This document shows, piece by piece, positions 35,399-49,007 of a stretch of DNA of 64,000 bases; the first letter of the stretch is position 1; each line of letters begins with the position of its first letter. Location of the stretch: assembly GCF_024521635.1 (NCBI RefSeq), contig NW_026250421.1:682001-746000 (forward strand). The letters are read 5' to 3'. A model generated the notes under the pieces. The model saw nothing but the letters and a program-made list of their open reading frames with translations, ran no database searches and was not told the origin of the DNA. Origin of the DNA: Tricharina praecox (lineage: Eukaryota). The position numbers and the translations under genes were made by a program.

Positions 35399-36153
35399 CT
35401 ATAACTCCGGCGCTGACCAACTGGTCACCCGGCCCCCCGGCCTCCCGCAGTCGAGCGTGCGGGTCGCATCCCCGTCACTGCTCAAACCCCAGACCGCCGT
35501 ATCTTCCTCCGCACGATCGACCAGCACCTCCCGCTCATTCACATCCTTGATGAACCTTACCATCACAACCTCCCCGTCCCTCCACCTCCTCCTCCTTACC
35601 CCCGCCACCGGGGCGCAACACCACCCCACCTCAGCACGGGAAGGCCAAAGGCCACCTCTGCCACCCCGATCTCAAGTAGGGTCAGTACTGCCGTCTAGTA
35701 CATCTTCTTGGAGAATTATGGAGTCTAGCCTCCCGGTGCCGTACGTCCCACGGGCCGCGGATCGCGAGTACGGTGAAACGCCCGATTGCAGAGGTGACGG
35801 AGAGGAGGACGATGAGGAAGGTGAATGTCACGGCTCGCTTCTCAGCCGAGGTGAGGCGGAAGGAACGGGGGATGCGGTGTGGGAGGGCGAATACTGGGGA
35901 TGTTAACTACGGTAGTAGGGGATGGAGATGGGGAAACGGAAAGAGGTAGGCGACTTACGCAGGAGATCAGTCGTGACGGTGAGCACCAGGATTATAATAT
36001 GCGTCCGCAGCCAGATCATGGGGAACACATCTTCATGGTGCGGAGAAGGTTCGGAATGTCCCTTTTGTATCCGTCAGTTGAGATCTACTATATTCCCGCT
36101 GTCTAGACATTCCAAGTCGTTGAAAACGGCCGACACCCCAGAGACCCCGCCAA
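35399..36153 (-). pseudogene. 5'-truncated duplicate of the PTH11-like gene
   Basis: Homologous to ~33100-33775 including introns. Splice donor changed GT>GA near 36111, one-base deletion near 36020, first ~1.5 exons missing. Confidence 0.8.
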
Positions 36154-36158
36154 TATAA

Positions 36159-36366
36159 CTCTCACATTCATTCACCCATTACAAGTGGCTGCAATGTCCC
36201 ATTCACTCTCACTTTCACTCACCCAGCACGGGTGTCTGTAACGTCCCATTCACTCTGACTTTCACTCACCAATGGTCTGCAATGTCCCATTCACTCTACG
36301 GTTCATTCACCCAGCACGAGTGCCTCCAATATCCCATTTACTCTCACTTTCACTCACCTACAGCAC
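36159..36366. repeat. Degenerate tandem array, 41-47 bp unit with core GTCCCATTCACTCTCACTTTCACTCACC
   Basis: Four full units and one partial unit read directly. Confidence 0.8.
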
Positions 36367-38859
36367 CACCACGGCAGTGATGTACAGACTGTGCGTCCAT
36401 ATGCGATGTTTGTCCAGGGTAACGCGTACAGTATTTACCAAGCTTACGGACGCTCCATCCACGGCAGCAGATTTCGAGAGAATATAAACTTTCGGATGCG
36501 GTGAGATTAATCAGCTCTGCGGTGACGAGAACATCGATCACTGTGAGTCTGTGAGTGTGTGAGTCTACAAGCGCCGGCCCTGTCGTGCGACCACCGAACC
36601 GGCCACTGCCTCACCAGGCTCCAGCTGACCCGGGGATGAGGAGTAGCACAAGAAACATAGGTACATAGCGTACTGTGCGTATGTACTTACGACTGGAGCA
36701 AGTGGACGGCAAGACGCTGGTATCATCGGTCGAAATGGACCGGGCCTCAGGCGCGAGCCGATGTTTCGAGTCATCACCTGCTGTCCCGAGAGGGGGGAGC
36801 GAACAATCGAGGTTCAAACTTCCCTGGTCGTCACCCGTAAACATGATGCTGCTGCCTTAGGCATACCAGTATCCACCGCAAAGCTCAAGGCCGTCAATCG
36901 TATTGCCATGGGAGCGCTGCGATCGGTCCACCAATGAGCATGTTCGTCCCAGACCTACTTATGTACGTACATAGCACTCCAGCAACGACTGTCAAACTGT
37001 GTTGGCTGGTTGGCTGAGAGCACACGATCTCATGCGTCCCCGGCATCTACATATCGACACCACGTACTAGGCAGCCGCACAGCCGAAACCCACCGAATAA
37101 GCTGCCGGACGATTGCACAAACGAGCGAGAATCTATGCAACGCAACTTCTTAGGGCCCGTTTGAATACGCTCACTTTTCAGTTCCAGTTTTAGAGCCAAA
37201 TTCTGTTCCCCGCCGGGACACCGAATACTGTTCATTTTCAGTTTCCGGAAAACCTTGAGGTGAACAGAGTGTTTGGCAGTTCTCAGTACACTCAGCCAAG
37301 AGTCTGAATAATAGGCTTCACCTGAACTTTAATAGTAGATACTTTGTAATCCCGCTTTTTTCTCTTCCCCGTAAGGCGAGTCCATGAGTGAAATTAAAAT
37401 GCGGTACTGAGTGGCGGTGAAGAAACTAACCTCCAGAGGTCAGTTCCCGTTTCATCGCCGGAGCCGCACAGTTTCAGTGGATGAAAGCGTTTGATTTGGG
37501 CTCATAACCTATTGGCATATATGGTTGAAAGGGGCAGAGATGACTGATTCTATACCGCAGCGATACCAGCAGCGAGGTCTCTCTTTATATACAGACAAGT
37601 TCAGACTCCTTAGTCCGAAGGTTACTCGCCCCTGACAGCACTTGGTCTCGACCCTCCACCGCGGAACCTGATTCATGCCAAAAGCTCCGGGCATCCAAAG
37701 TTTGACAGCTGTCGACCGTGTCAATGTGGAATCACTGCGACGGGTGATTCACTGATTCGTGCGGTCACAGCCTTGTGACTGCATGCAACCTACTCTCGTT
37801 GTCTGCGACTACTACCGTACTGACCATAAAGCGTCTCAAATCATCGTGTTTCCAAGGAATAGGTACGCATGAAATAAATTTTGATCCTTCGGCTTCTTCA
37901 ATATCTGTCTTCGGGACAGAAGTGAATGGTGTTCCCCCTCAAGAACGAAAACCATTCGGTCTGGTGCTTCTTATAGAACAGTGGGCTTGATTAGAAATGC
38001 GGCTCGATCGCAGGCGATAAACCACGGATTGTTGGCACAGTGGGCATGGGTAAACAATCCGCCCGCGACCGCACAATATCGGGTGCAATATCATGATCCA
38101 GATTGCTGACCGGTGTTCCTAGGTATTTCGTTTCGTTTCCCCGCGACCAAGTTCGGCTCGGCCATGTACGGTATGTAGCACACGCAGAACCGATCTATTG
38201 AGCATTTCCCCGTCGTACCTGCAGGGATCCGGTGTCTTGCTTCGGACAGAACAGACCAGGGACTTCTAGGCATCCAGACAACCAGGGAGCTCTTCCGAGT
38301 TCCTCGCCATGTAGCCAATGAAATATTGGCCCGTGTCTCAGATCACCACCGCACATGATCCGACCACGTGTCCTCCCGGCAAGATATATTTGTTTGCACA
38401 TCGGTTTTCTCGTGAGTCGTATTGCGGTGGCTGGCTGGCTGGGTGACTCGTTCGTTGTGTATTGTACACGTACGCTATTGAGCTCAGCTAACCAACGGTG
38501 TTGCTCCATCCGCATCGCGGAGTTCGATTGGCGGCCTATAGGTAGACGCTGGGCCGCGATGGCGGTTGCTGCTGCAATGTTGATGTTGGCGGCCTCGTTA
38601 GCCGCATCAGCGCCTGAGCGGCGCATGGGCGCCTGAGTGCATGGGCCGGGGCGGCTAAAAACGGGGGCGGGGGCGGGACAACAGAGCTATCTTCGACAAC
38701 GGCGCGTTGGAAGCTAGCACCGCTGCACCGTCCGTCTCCGCCGGCGGTAGTTAGTATCATCAGCGCTTCCAAGCTATTCCAAGCTTGCCCTACCAATGGC
38801 CGCCGGGGCGCGCTGTCTTAGCCGAGTGCGGATGATGACCGGAGTCCGGATCGACGATG

Positions 38860-38916
38860 ACTCACTCACTCACTCACCCACTCACTCACTCACTCACTCA
38901 CCCACTCACCCACTCA
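38860..38916. repeat. Microsatellite (CTCA)n with CCCA interruptions
   Basis: Read directly from the sequence. Confidence 0.85.
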
Positions 38917-40268
38917 TCGCTCGTGCGCGAGCAAGCACGCTTGGTGCAAAAGTGCTGTTCCGCGTGTAAAACGATGGATTGTATCTCGCTGCGTGACGCT
39001 GGGCTATGCACCTGCTACCAAAGTGCACTCTGCCCAGGGCCAAAGTGCCGCCACCAGCGGCCAGTGGACGATGGACGATGGATCATGGACGCTTCCAGCC
39101 CTACGTCTCCCTACGGCCAATGGCCGCGACTGGGTAGTTGTTTTCGCGTGTGACATTCTTCCGCACTACGTGCAATACTCTATGATAGATATGCAATCGC
39201 TTCCGGCGATGTCCTCGGGCTCGGATGATGCCATGGGTACCGTAATTACCACTTACCTACCTACGTAAGCGCCTCAGCCCCAGCGCCCGTGTGCGACTGT
39301 GCGACCACAAAAAGCACCTACTGTAGGTAGTACTGTGCAACTCCCCCGCTGACTGGCCGCAGCCAAAATACGCCCCTCCCCCACTAAGGACACGGGTGCT
39401 AGATTAATCAATCCATCTGCCGTCTCGCAGGTGTAGGCAGCAACTTGGCCCATCTGGTAGGGCGGTGCGGTGCGGTGCGGTGCGAATCACTAGGTGGTAA
39501 GCAGACAAACGAACGAACGAATTGCTCGCTCGCTCGTTCGGGGAGGGGAGGGGAGTGGAGCGGATGGCGGACGCAGGCACGTTGCGTTGCAGGGTGCGGA
39601 GGTCATTAGTGTAGCTACCGTACAGTAAGAAGCGAGTCGAATCGTACGTGTTTCCGGGTAACTTGGTAACTAATCATGATCCTTCGCTGGGACTCACAAT
39701 ATTCTCACCTCATTCACACGAAAGGAGGCGATGCAAAATCTGACATTTGATTGATGGCCTTGTGGGAAAGGCGCTCGCTCGGGTCTGCGGCGGCCTTCGA
39801 GAAGCTTATGTTACGAGAAAGAAAGGAAAAAAAAACGAAGAAGAAAAAAAAGGAAACATCCTGGCGAGCTGAGTCCGGGTCGGGTGATTCTACAGGGCTG
39901 ACATGGATGCCTGCGTGAGACGAATGTCTTGGTGGTGTTTGCTTTTGGAGTATGACGGGCGGCCTCCGACAGAGGCGAGGATGAGGGAGGGAGGGGAGGA
40001 CGAGGGACGGCAGGAGGAGGAGTAAGGGCGCCAGATGAGATTGAGGGGGGACGGAGGCGGATGGTATAAGGTCATTGCCATTTGCACGGTGGTCCTGGGT
40101 TCCTGCATTGTCCTCGTTTCTACATACCCTAATATATCTGCATCTGCTCTCCACGGTTAATCGTCACTACCCATTTTACAAGTGCCCCTCCCTCAAGACC
40201 TCAAGACCTCAAGACACATTCTCTAAACCCGAGCACTTGTGCAAAGAATCCCCACCGAAGCCGTCGCC

Positions 40269-43200
40269 ATGGCTCCCACTCCTTCCAGAATCCCCTCATC
40301 CGCCCTCCACTCAGAGCCTTCAACGTACACCTATGGAGGCATCCCACTGAAACCTTCAGATTACTCCGCCGAGGCCTCTGTGCCGCCCTCCTCCTCCTCG
40401 CAAAGTTTCCCCCGCATCTCCCTTCCAGTCCCCATGCTACGGCACGAATACGACGTCGTGGTGGTAGGCAGCGGTTACGGCGGCGGAGTAGCGGCCTCGC
40501 GAATGGCGCGCGCGGGCAAATCCGTATGTGTCCTCGAATTCGGCAAGGAGCGATGGCCGGGCGAGTACCCTGTCTCGACGGTCGAGGCGGTCAAGCAACT
40601 ACACGTTTCCGGCAATGCCGGGAGCACGGGTGGCGCGGTCAAAAACCTCGAGATGGGAGAGCCGAACGGAATGTTCCATCTCATCCAAGGCGAAGGCCAG
40701 AATGCATTTGTCGCCAACGGACTCGGCGGCACGAGTCTGATCAATGCAAACATCTTCCTCGAGACCGACGACCGCACGATGACGCTGGACAAGAGCTTTC
40801 CCGAGGAGCTGAGAACACCAGGCGCGCTGTCAGAGTACTATGATAGGGCGAGGAGCATGCTGCAGCCTACACCCTATCCTGAAGACCACCCCGAACTCAT
40901 GAAGTTGAACTTGCTAAAGAAGCAGGCGGACTTGATGGAACTGGAGGAAAAGTTCTATCGGCCCCCACAGACGACCTTCTTTAAGGATGGACTGAACAGT
41001 ACTGGCGTCGAGGTGAGTGGATTCGTCACCATCCGTTCATGTGGAAAAGCACTCGCCGAGTGACAGAAGATGGCTGACCGCGCGCCCGCACAGATGAAAG
41101 CCTCGACGCTGTCAGGCCAAGACTGCACCGGCGTCAACGACGGTAGCAAGAGCAGCGTGCTGATGAACTATCTCCCCGATGCCTGGAACTGGGGAGCCGA
41201 AATCTTCTGCGAATGCGAAGTCCGCTTCATCAAGAAAGACCCGTCCGGGAAAAGCTACATCGTTTTCTTCGCATGGCACGGCAACAACGGGAACCGGTCC
41301 GAATTTGAAGATCTGTTCCACCGGGAGCTGATGTGGGTTCGCGCCAAGGAACTGTGCTTCCTCGCTGCAGGCACCCTGGGAACCACAGAGATCCTTCTCC
41401 GCAGCAAGTCCCACGGCATGAAGATGAGCCCAACCGTCGGCCACAATATGAGCGGGAACGGGGATATACTGGCCTTCGGCTACAACACCGACGAGACCGC
41501 CAATGCGATCGGCCGGCAAAGTCCGCCCAAAGATGACCTTCTCCGGCCCGTTGGCCCGACCATCACCGGGGTCATAGATATGCGAGACGAGGAGGACGTT
41601 CTGGACGGATTCGTGCTCGAAGAGGGGGCCGTGCCACAGGCGCTTGGAGGTGTCCTGCAGCTCCTGATGGACGCTACCCCAGGAAAGGAATATCCCGTAA
41701 AGCGCACCAGCCAGCAGCGCATCCGCAAGTTTCTGGCGCGTGCATCGAACTTTGCATTCGGACCATGGCACCCAGGCACTTCGCTCAACCGAACCCAGGT
41801 CTACCTGATCATGAGCCACGACTCGAATTCAGCGACCCTGACCCTCGAGAAGGATAAAACATACCTCCGCTTCGAAGGCGTCGGCCGAAGCCAGCATGTC
41901 AAGCAGCTCAACAACTTCATGGCCAAGGCAACCCATGCCATCGGCGGCGCCTTGGTCAACTCGCCGTTCTTCACGTGGGGACAGGAGCAGATCACGGTTC
42001 ACCCGATCGGCGGCGCCAACTTGAGCTTCAGCGGAACGGGCGAGGACGGTGTCACGAACCACATCGGCGAGGTGTTTACCGGAAACGGGACCGAGGTACA
42101 CGACGGTCTCTTCTGCGTCGACGGATCGGTGGTTCCCTGCGCCCTCGGAGTAAACCCATTCGCCACCATCACCGCTCTGGCCGAGAGGTCACTTGACCTC
42201 CTGACGAAGCAGCGCGGGCTGACAATCGATCTGGAGACGAAGAATGGAAAGCTCGATCTGATAAATGGGAAGCCTAGAGTGAGCTGGCCGTTGATGGAGG
42301 ATATGCAATTGGCCTACAAATCGATCCAGGATGCGGCCGGGAAGAGCGGCGTCAGGTTCGCGGAGGTCATGGACGGTCATGTGTATCTGGGCGACGATAT
42401 CGACAGCTTTGAAATCGCGGAGGGAGTAGCGCAGGGCAATGACAGCACAGCGAGATTCCTCTTGAGCGTGGACACCTACAGCACTGAAAACCGTAAGTTT
42501 GCCGACTATTTGCAAAAGAGGAACACACTAATCGGATACAATAAATAGTCGTCAATCGTGCGGACCATGCCTCTATGATAACCGGTACCTTCACCTGCAG
42601 CTCTCTCAGCAAGGACCCATTCTTGGTTCTCCGAGGCGGAGTCCAGTTCTTCTCGCCGGACGAACGGGATCCCGACACCAGAAACTTGGCGTACAAGTTC
42701 GATCTTCTCGGGACCGATGGGCAAAAACTGCACTTCGATGGATACAAGGTCATCGACTCGGCGATGGCCTTTTCCGTCTCCAACACATGGAAGGCGACAA
42801 CCACCCTCTATGTCACCATCACTCGGCCCGATAAGTCCAGGGTTGCCCGAGGGATCCTTCACATCAAGGGGAGCAACTTCGTTCGGGAGATGAAGGGATT
42901 CGGCCCGAGTGGCGCACCAGGGATGCTGAAACGGCTCACCAGCATGAATCGCTTCCTGCTCAACTTCACCCTTCAAACGAGCAAGTCCTTCTTCTTTTCC
43001 TTCCAGAGCCTGAGCAACGGCGAGGTAGCCATCAAGAGCAACTCCAAGGTCCAGCCGTCAAAGGTGGTGACGTTGACCGCGGAAGACGGCGTGCAGACAA
43101 CTATGCATTGCTGGAGCCCTCGGCTATCCAACTCCAACCTGCCGCCTCTCTTGTTTGTTCCCGGAGCATCCGTGGACCACCAAATCTTTGCCCTTCCGAC

Positions 43201-44792
43201 CGTCGATACAAACGCCGTAGAGTTCTTCCTCGAGAAGGGGTTCAACGTGTACATCGTGACGCACAGGATTGGGAGGACCGAGATTGCGAAGAAGGGGTAC
43301 ACGATATACGACGCCCGATTGGATGTCAAAGCAGCGATGAAGTATGTGCGGGACGATTCGCGGCAGCCGCAGATGTACTGTGTGGCTCATTGCGCTGGAT
43401 CGGTCGCCCTCTCGATGGGGTTGCTCGATAGCACGATTCCGGCGAACTGGATCAAGGGGTTAACAGCATCGCAAGGTAAGAGAAAACATGTCCACGACAG
43501 TCGGCAGTGCGTCTCGAAGACACTAGGTAGCTGGCCGGGTCTATTCAGTCATGCCGGTGTTCCGTGCAAACGGCTCTCACTGTCCATCTGTCCAGATCGC
43601 GCTGGCCGGTGACCCCATGTCCTCGATAGACCTTGACCCGCCGATGTAAGCGCATGGAGTTCGAGATCCGCAGGGTGGTCTGAAAGCCTCCATTGACTAT
43701 TTTTCGATGCCATGGTTTTCAGATGCACGGCCGTCTCGCGCTTTTTCCGAGCGGTTCGCGACAGTTGTCGTCCGTTACGGGATATGATCTGCCGGGCGGT
43801 GATCGTCCTTCATGCGTTACGTTGACAGGCGGCCAAGCAAGAGACTATCGTGACGTAGTTAGCGGCCGGGGGAGGGGGGGATGGTTTGGAGTCTTGAGAA
43901 ACTAACAGACAGCTAACTATCGTGGCTTAGTATTCTTCAATCCGCTTTTCGCCAATGTCAACATGCTCAAAGCCAGTTCGCCCGTACCGCTATCGAATGT
44001 GTACGAAAAGTTCGCAGGAGACTGGTTCGACTGCGTATCATCTCCGAACGATGGCGTCTTCCAACGGTTGACCGACCAACTTCTGAGGCTCTACCCCGTG
44101 GGAAGCCGGGAAGAGATGTGTAGCTCGAGGACATGTCACCGCAGTGAGCTCGTGTTCGGAAGGTTCGTTCGTCTCCTACTCGACTTCCTATTCGACTCCC
44201 CCCCACCGCTCTCTCCTGTTGCTTCACCATTAGAAAAACGAGCGATATATCTAACCTGAGGATAGGCTTTGGACCCACAAGCGGTTGAATAAGGCCACGC
44301 ACGATAGCCTGCACACCCTTCTGGGTGGAATCTCGATGAATTGCCTGGAGAAGTTGATGCATGCAGGCACTAGCGGTGCAGTCTTTGATAACGAGGGGAT
44401 TTCACTCATCAGCGAATCGAATCTTGGCCGGCTGGAGGGTATTCCAATACTGTTCATCCACGGAGGGAAGAACGCAGTGTTCTCACCCGAGAGCACCACA
44501 CGGTCGTTTGAGACGCTCCAGGACCTCTTCTCGAAGCGAGACTATGAGCGTGTAGTGTTGTAAGCGAGCCATGCTTCTCCCCTTCCACACTAAAAAATTG
44601 GAACGGAAACTCACGATAGTTTCCTTGCGTACGTACAGCCCGGAATACGGCCATCTCGATTGTTGGATGGGTGAAGATGCCAACGAAGATGTATATGTCC
44701 GAGTCCACGAGCACATTGAGGACCTGATGGAGGCATCAAATGCACGAAACCCCCTTTCCGAGACGGCTGCACGGATTTCAGGTCCGGTGTAG
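40269..44792 (+). CDS. GMC-type FAD oxidoreductase (cholesterol oxidase-like) fused to a C-terminal alpha/beta-hydrolase-fold domain, 1249 aa, 6 exons
   Basis: YDVVVVGSGYGG FAD motif, LGGTSLINAN, DCTGVNDGSK, ITVHPIGG, GVNPFATITALAER, then AHCAGS and YGHLD. Introns 41013-41093, 42493-42548, 43476-43930, 44163-44265 and 44560-44638 give 3750 coding nt in frame. Confidence 0.92.
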
Positions 44793-47700
44793 GGGAATAC
44801 GTGGCGCCTGTGGTGCTATGGAATGGAATGGGTCGCAGGCCCGCAAGGTGGATGCAGAACCGCTACAACCGACCGTCTTTGTTGTCGCTGAGCCGACGTC
44901 TAGTGAGTGGGAGGGGGGGATGAGGAGGGGATGGTAATGTTGTGGTTGGACTCTGAAAACTGCCGGCTGATGCCGCCGCATCAGCTGGTGCCCCCCGCTC
45001 GTATTAATTTTTTTCTTCTGCTTGAGCTTGTGTGGAAATGGGCTGGCTGTAATATGTGGAGGGGATAGCGAGCGAATTACCATAGTGTCCGCTCCTCCTT
45101 CTGCTCTAGTAATGAATTCTTTTTCTCAACCGTCAACCATCAAACCTCAACCCATCGTTCGTAATGTTGCTCGCGGTCCGCAATGAACATGAAGATAAGT
45201 CCTTCTCTGAAGTGTCCAAAGGGTATGGTCAAATGTTACGATGTTGAAAGGGGAGGGCGGGGGGTAGGGATGGCCGCCCGGGGGATTCCTTTCCGAGATA
45301 AAACCCAGAGAGAAGGTCGGCCGTGGCGAGCTCTTTACGCCTCGAAGGGATGTATTTGTCCACAGGGCAGCGACAGGGCAGCCTCTACCTGGCAACGATG
45401 ACGTTTGAGGCAAGCACGGCGTGCCCAAAGCGGGTCATCCAGTGTAAATCGTTGATGTGTACGCTGGAGGATGCAATGTCTATAGGCGGGTATGTAGAAC
45501 ACGCCCCATGCGTCCGTCTCTGTGGAATCTTGGCCACAAGAGAGGAATGCCCAATCACCCCCTCCCAGCGTCCCCTTCGCAACTATCAGAACAGTCCATC
45601 TGAATCGGCCCCAATTTTCTTGATGCCTGTCTTGCACTGGGAAAAGGAGAAGAGATTGCCGATCAAGGTGGTATTAGGGCGATCTAGAGCTGAGGTTTGC
45701 TGCAGCACTTGCATATCTGTGTCTCTTGTGCGTTTGCTTTAGGCACGGCGGTGAGCAAGCAGAAGATTCGGGTGGGTAGAACGAGCACTGCAGTTTGCTG
45801 AGGAGTGTGGACGGCCGGCTCCAGCGATTAGCGCTGGAGGGTGGGTGGGGATCGTGTGTCCCATGACACGAAGGAAGGTGAGAGGAGACGTATGATGAAA
45901 GGGCTCTTACGAGTTGCGCTCCTTCCGAGCGTTGATAGATGTCGCTATCGCGATGGGCCTTCGCCACATTGCGATGGTTGTCGGTCGGTTGTTGGGGGGG
46001 CGTGTGTGGCGGTGGGGGTGGGCCGGCTAGCAGCCTCTCCGTCGTAGGGGTTGTCGGACAGCCTTTGCCTAAGGAGGCGCTCGTTGAGGGAAATTCCCTC
46101 TCCAGACCGTGCTCCCCAAGCAGATCTGCAGCGCAACTCTCCGACTAGATTACTGGAAAACTGTTCGGCGTGTGCAGACGGGCGGTTTGGTGGGGATCAT
46201 CTGGTCTCACTCGGCGAGGATCCTTGCACGGAGGACGGGATCAAGGTCCGCGTAAGAACGGTTGGGCAGCTGTGGCAAACCGAAGAGCTACTATAGTAGT
46301 GAGTGTGTGAGGAGAGATTTGACAAATGCGAATGAGAGATCGAATTCGCCTCTGAACGGTTCCGCCGAATGCCGGCAGTTTAGTGGGACGGCGACAGCAA
46401 GCGATGGCAGATTATTGTGTGCTCCACCAAACCTCGCATCCGTCCATATGATGTTCTTTGGGGTGCGGAGGGCCGGGTTGCCTGGCACAGCCACACATGG
46501 AAAGGGCTGGCCGGCGGTTTGGGGGGAGAAAACTGGGAAGCGGGAAAGCCTGGAGGGTGGGCGCCGTGGGCAGGGAACGAAGGGTGTCGATCGATAGGGC
46601 TATCGAAAATAAACTTTGCCATCGGAGGGGAGATGCGGAAGGACGATTCGCTGGATACGGCAGAGTCGATATTTCGGAAATGCCATGTTTCCCAGGTTTC
46701 GGGGCCATTCCTGGCAGTCAACGGTGCGTCGTCATGGTCGAGAATAGCCGTTTCGGTACCGAGGACTGCCCGATGCGGTTAGCGCAGGACGTGCGGATGC
46801 AAGCCGCGACATTTCCGTTCAACAAAATGTCGAGCTCAGGTACCATGGCAGCGAGCCCAGCCCAGCCAGCCCCGCCCAGCCCCGCCCAGCCCCGTCCAGC
46901 CAGCCCGGCCAGCCCGGCCAGCACGATCGGGGCGGAACGAAGAACGAAAAAACCGCCACACGGTCTCGATGGCCAAACCTGTAGCCGAGGCCCAATCTAG
47001 ACATGTCGATAGCACATGTGGCTAAGTGAGCAAGTACATGGTTATCGCACGTTATCGCCGCCGCAAAAAACGGCAACCTGGGTTTCGGGAAGGAAAGGGT
47101 CGGTCAGCCCCGGAGCTTGCTGGGTAGGGCGGTGTGTGTTGCACCGCCACCGTCTCGGATCCCTGTACATTGTGTGGCAGATCCCCACACAAATCCAGCC
47201 CGCCGCGCCGACCGTCTGCTCAGACTCCGACGGCGGCAGAACCCGCTTGACTGCATTATTCTCCCCCCATTCCGCCCCAACGCGCCGGCCGGAACAACAC
47301 CCAGTCAAGATGACCGTTTGATGCGACGTCGACGCCACGCCACGCAGAACACGTACGTACGTACACGCTCCCTGATTGATCGTCGGCCACGGCGCTCTCT
47401 GTCGGTGAGAGCAGCGTAAGTAGGAAGCAGGTAGGCAGGTTGTAGGGCCCGCAGCGGGGCGGCGTTGGGGCCGGAAAATGGCTCACAGCGTGGTTGACAA
47501 TTCAAATTATTTTTTGGCAGCAGTCGGCGTCTCGTGGGAGCCATTAGTAGGGAGGCACGGTACGCACCAAAGGCTCGGTGACCTGGGTCCGCGTCCTCCG
47601 TCTGAACCGCCAGTCCGGTTTTCGTGCAGTTTGCGGAAAGGGCCACCATGCCATGCAGTTTCAGGCGACTGGACCCGTTGGCATTGGTGCTGCTGCTACG

Positions 47701-48452
47701 GGTGGCCGGGCGTGCAGGCTGCTGCACAATGATTCAAACAGTGCCCGTTGTAGCACCAGCACTCCGATCCTTCTTTTCCAGCCGCGAAAAATCGAGTGGG
47801 TTCTAGAGAAGCCTGGCGGTCGACCGCTCGGGTTCCTTAGACCCCGGCTAAAGTGGCGAATAAAGAATTCGGCCCTGGCACGGACGTTACATCCAACCAA
47901 TCAGACGCGTCCGTGGAGACGGTCCGCTAGTGTGGCTGGGGAACTGCTGGGGCCCCAACTGCAGGTCGCACCCTGTGATCGTGGGGAAAATGCCGTCCTC
48001 TCGAGGTCCTAAAACATCTGCAGCTGCTTTTATCAAGCCCTAGGACCCTTATCGAATCACACTGTCAACGTCATATGGCTCGTCGCTCCCAAGACCATAA
48101 ACACTCTCTCACCTGCTCCCGTCCTCCTTCCCCTCTACGCACACTCTCTTGCCTCCCACCACCTTCCACCCCCCCCTTCCATTGCCGTCATCATTCAATC
48201 ACCCACCATCGATTGCGGCAGATCTTTCGGCATCTACCCATTCTGGGTTTCGGAAAGTCCCTCCCCCGGGCCGATCAGCAGAGCCGATTGCCGACGCGTG
48301 GAAGTCTGTTCCTCCTCCCCCCCGCCCCCTTCCGTCTAGTCGGTCGCAAGTCCACGGACCACGCCTGTCACGCTCACTGCAAGCGATTCCCTCCCCCCCG
48401 CCACGCATTCCAGATCATACCGGAACGCCGAAGTAACCTCCCCACGGCCGTG

Positions 48453-49007
48453 ATGGATGATGGCTTCGAGATCAATGCCCCGGACGGCGCGTACCAGCCG
48501 GAAGCTTCGCGGACCCCGGATGACCTGTTGCAATACCAGCAGCACCAGCAGCAGCACCAACTTCAGCAACATCAGCGGCAGCACCAACCACACGATCCGG
48601 ACGCCCTGGACGGAGGAGCTGGCACAACATTCAAGCACCCGACCCGGCAAGTGCGAAGGGCTCGACACAGCAAGGAGGAGCGTTCGGAGCGCAAAGACCG
48701 TTACGATCGGATTGAAGTTCTGGCCCGTGAATTGAGCATGGAGCTGAGCTTGGAAATGTCTAGGCGCAAGCAAATGTGGGATGTGGAAGGCGATCGCGAA
48801 GAGGAGGAGTTTTGGGAGAGCCGGAAGCAAGAAGTGTACCATGAGTTGGACCGGCTGGCCAGCGAGATTCAGAGGGCATTTCGAGACCGGAGGAAGGAGG
48901 AGGTGTTGGAGATCTGGAGCAAGGAGCAGGAGGAGCGGAGGGTGATAACCAGCGCGGGAACCAGACCCGAGCGCGGACGACGGAACCCGAGGCGGGAAGA
49001 AGGCTGA
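48453..49007 (+). CDS. Hypothetical Gln-rich / charged coiled-coil protein (184 aa)
   Basis: ORF from ATG 48453 after a pyrimidine-rich leader. PolyQ/H tract and E/R/K-rich helical C-terminal half. No known domain. Confidence 0.5.
   Translation: MDDGFEINAPDGAYQPEASRTPDDLLQYQQHQQQHQLQQHQRQHQPHDPDALDGGAGTTFKHPTRQVRRARHSKEERSERKDRYDRIEVLARELSMELSLEMSRRKQMWDVEGDREEEEFWESRKQEVYHELDRLASEIQRAFRDRRKEEVLEIWSKEQEERRVITSAGTRPERGRRNPRREEG

Noticed and set aside
36159..36366. CRISPR-like repeat-spacer pattern (also 63164-63430)
   Set aside because: The spacers are related to each other and uneven in length, there are no cas genes, and the context is eukaryotic.
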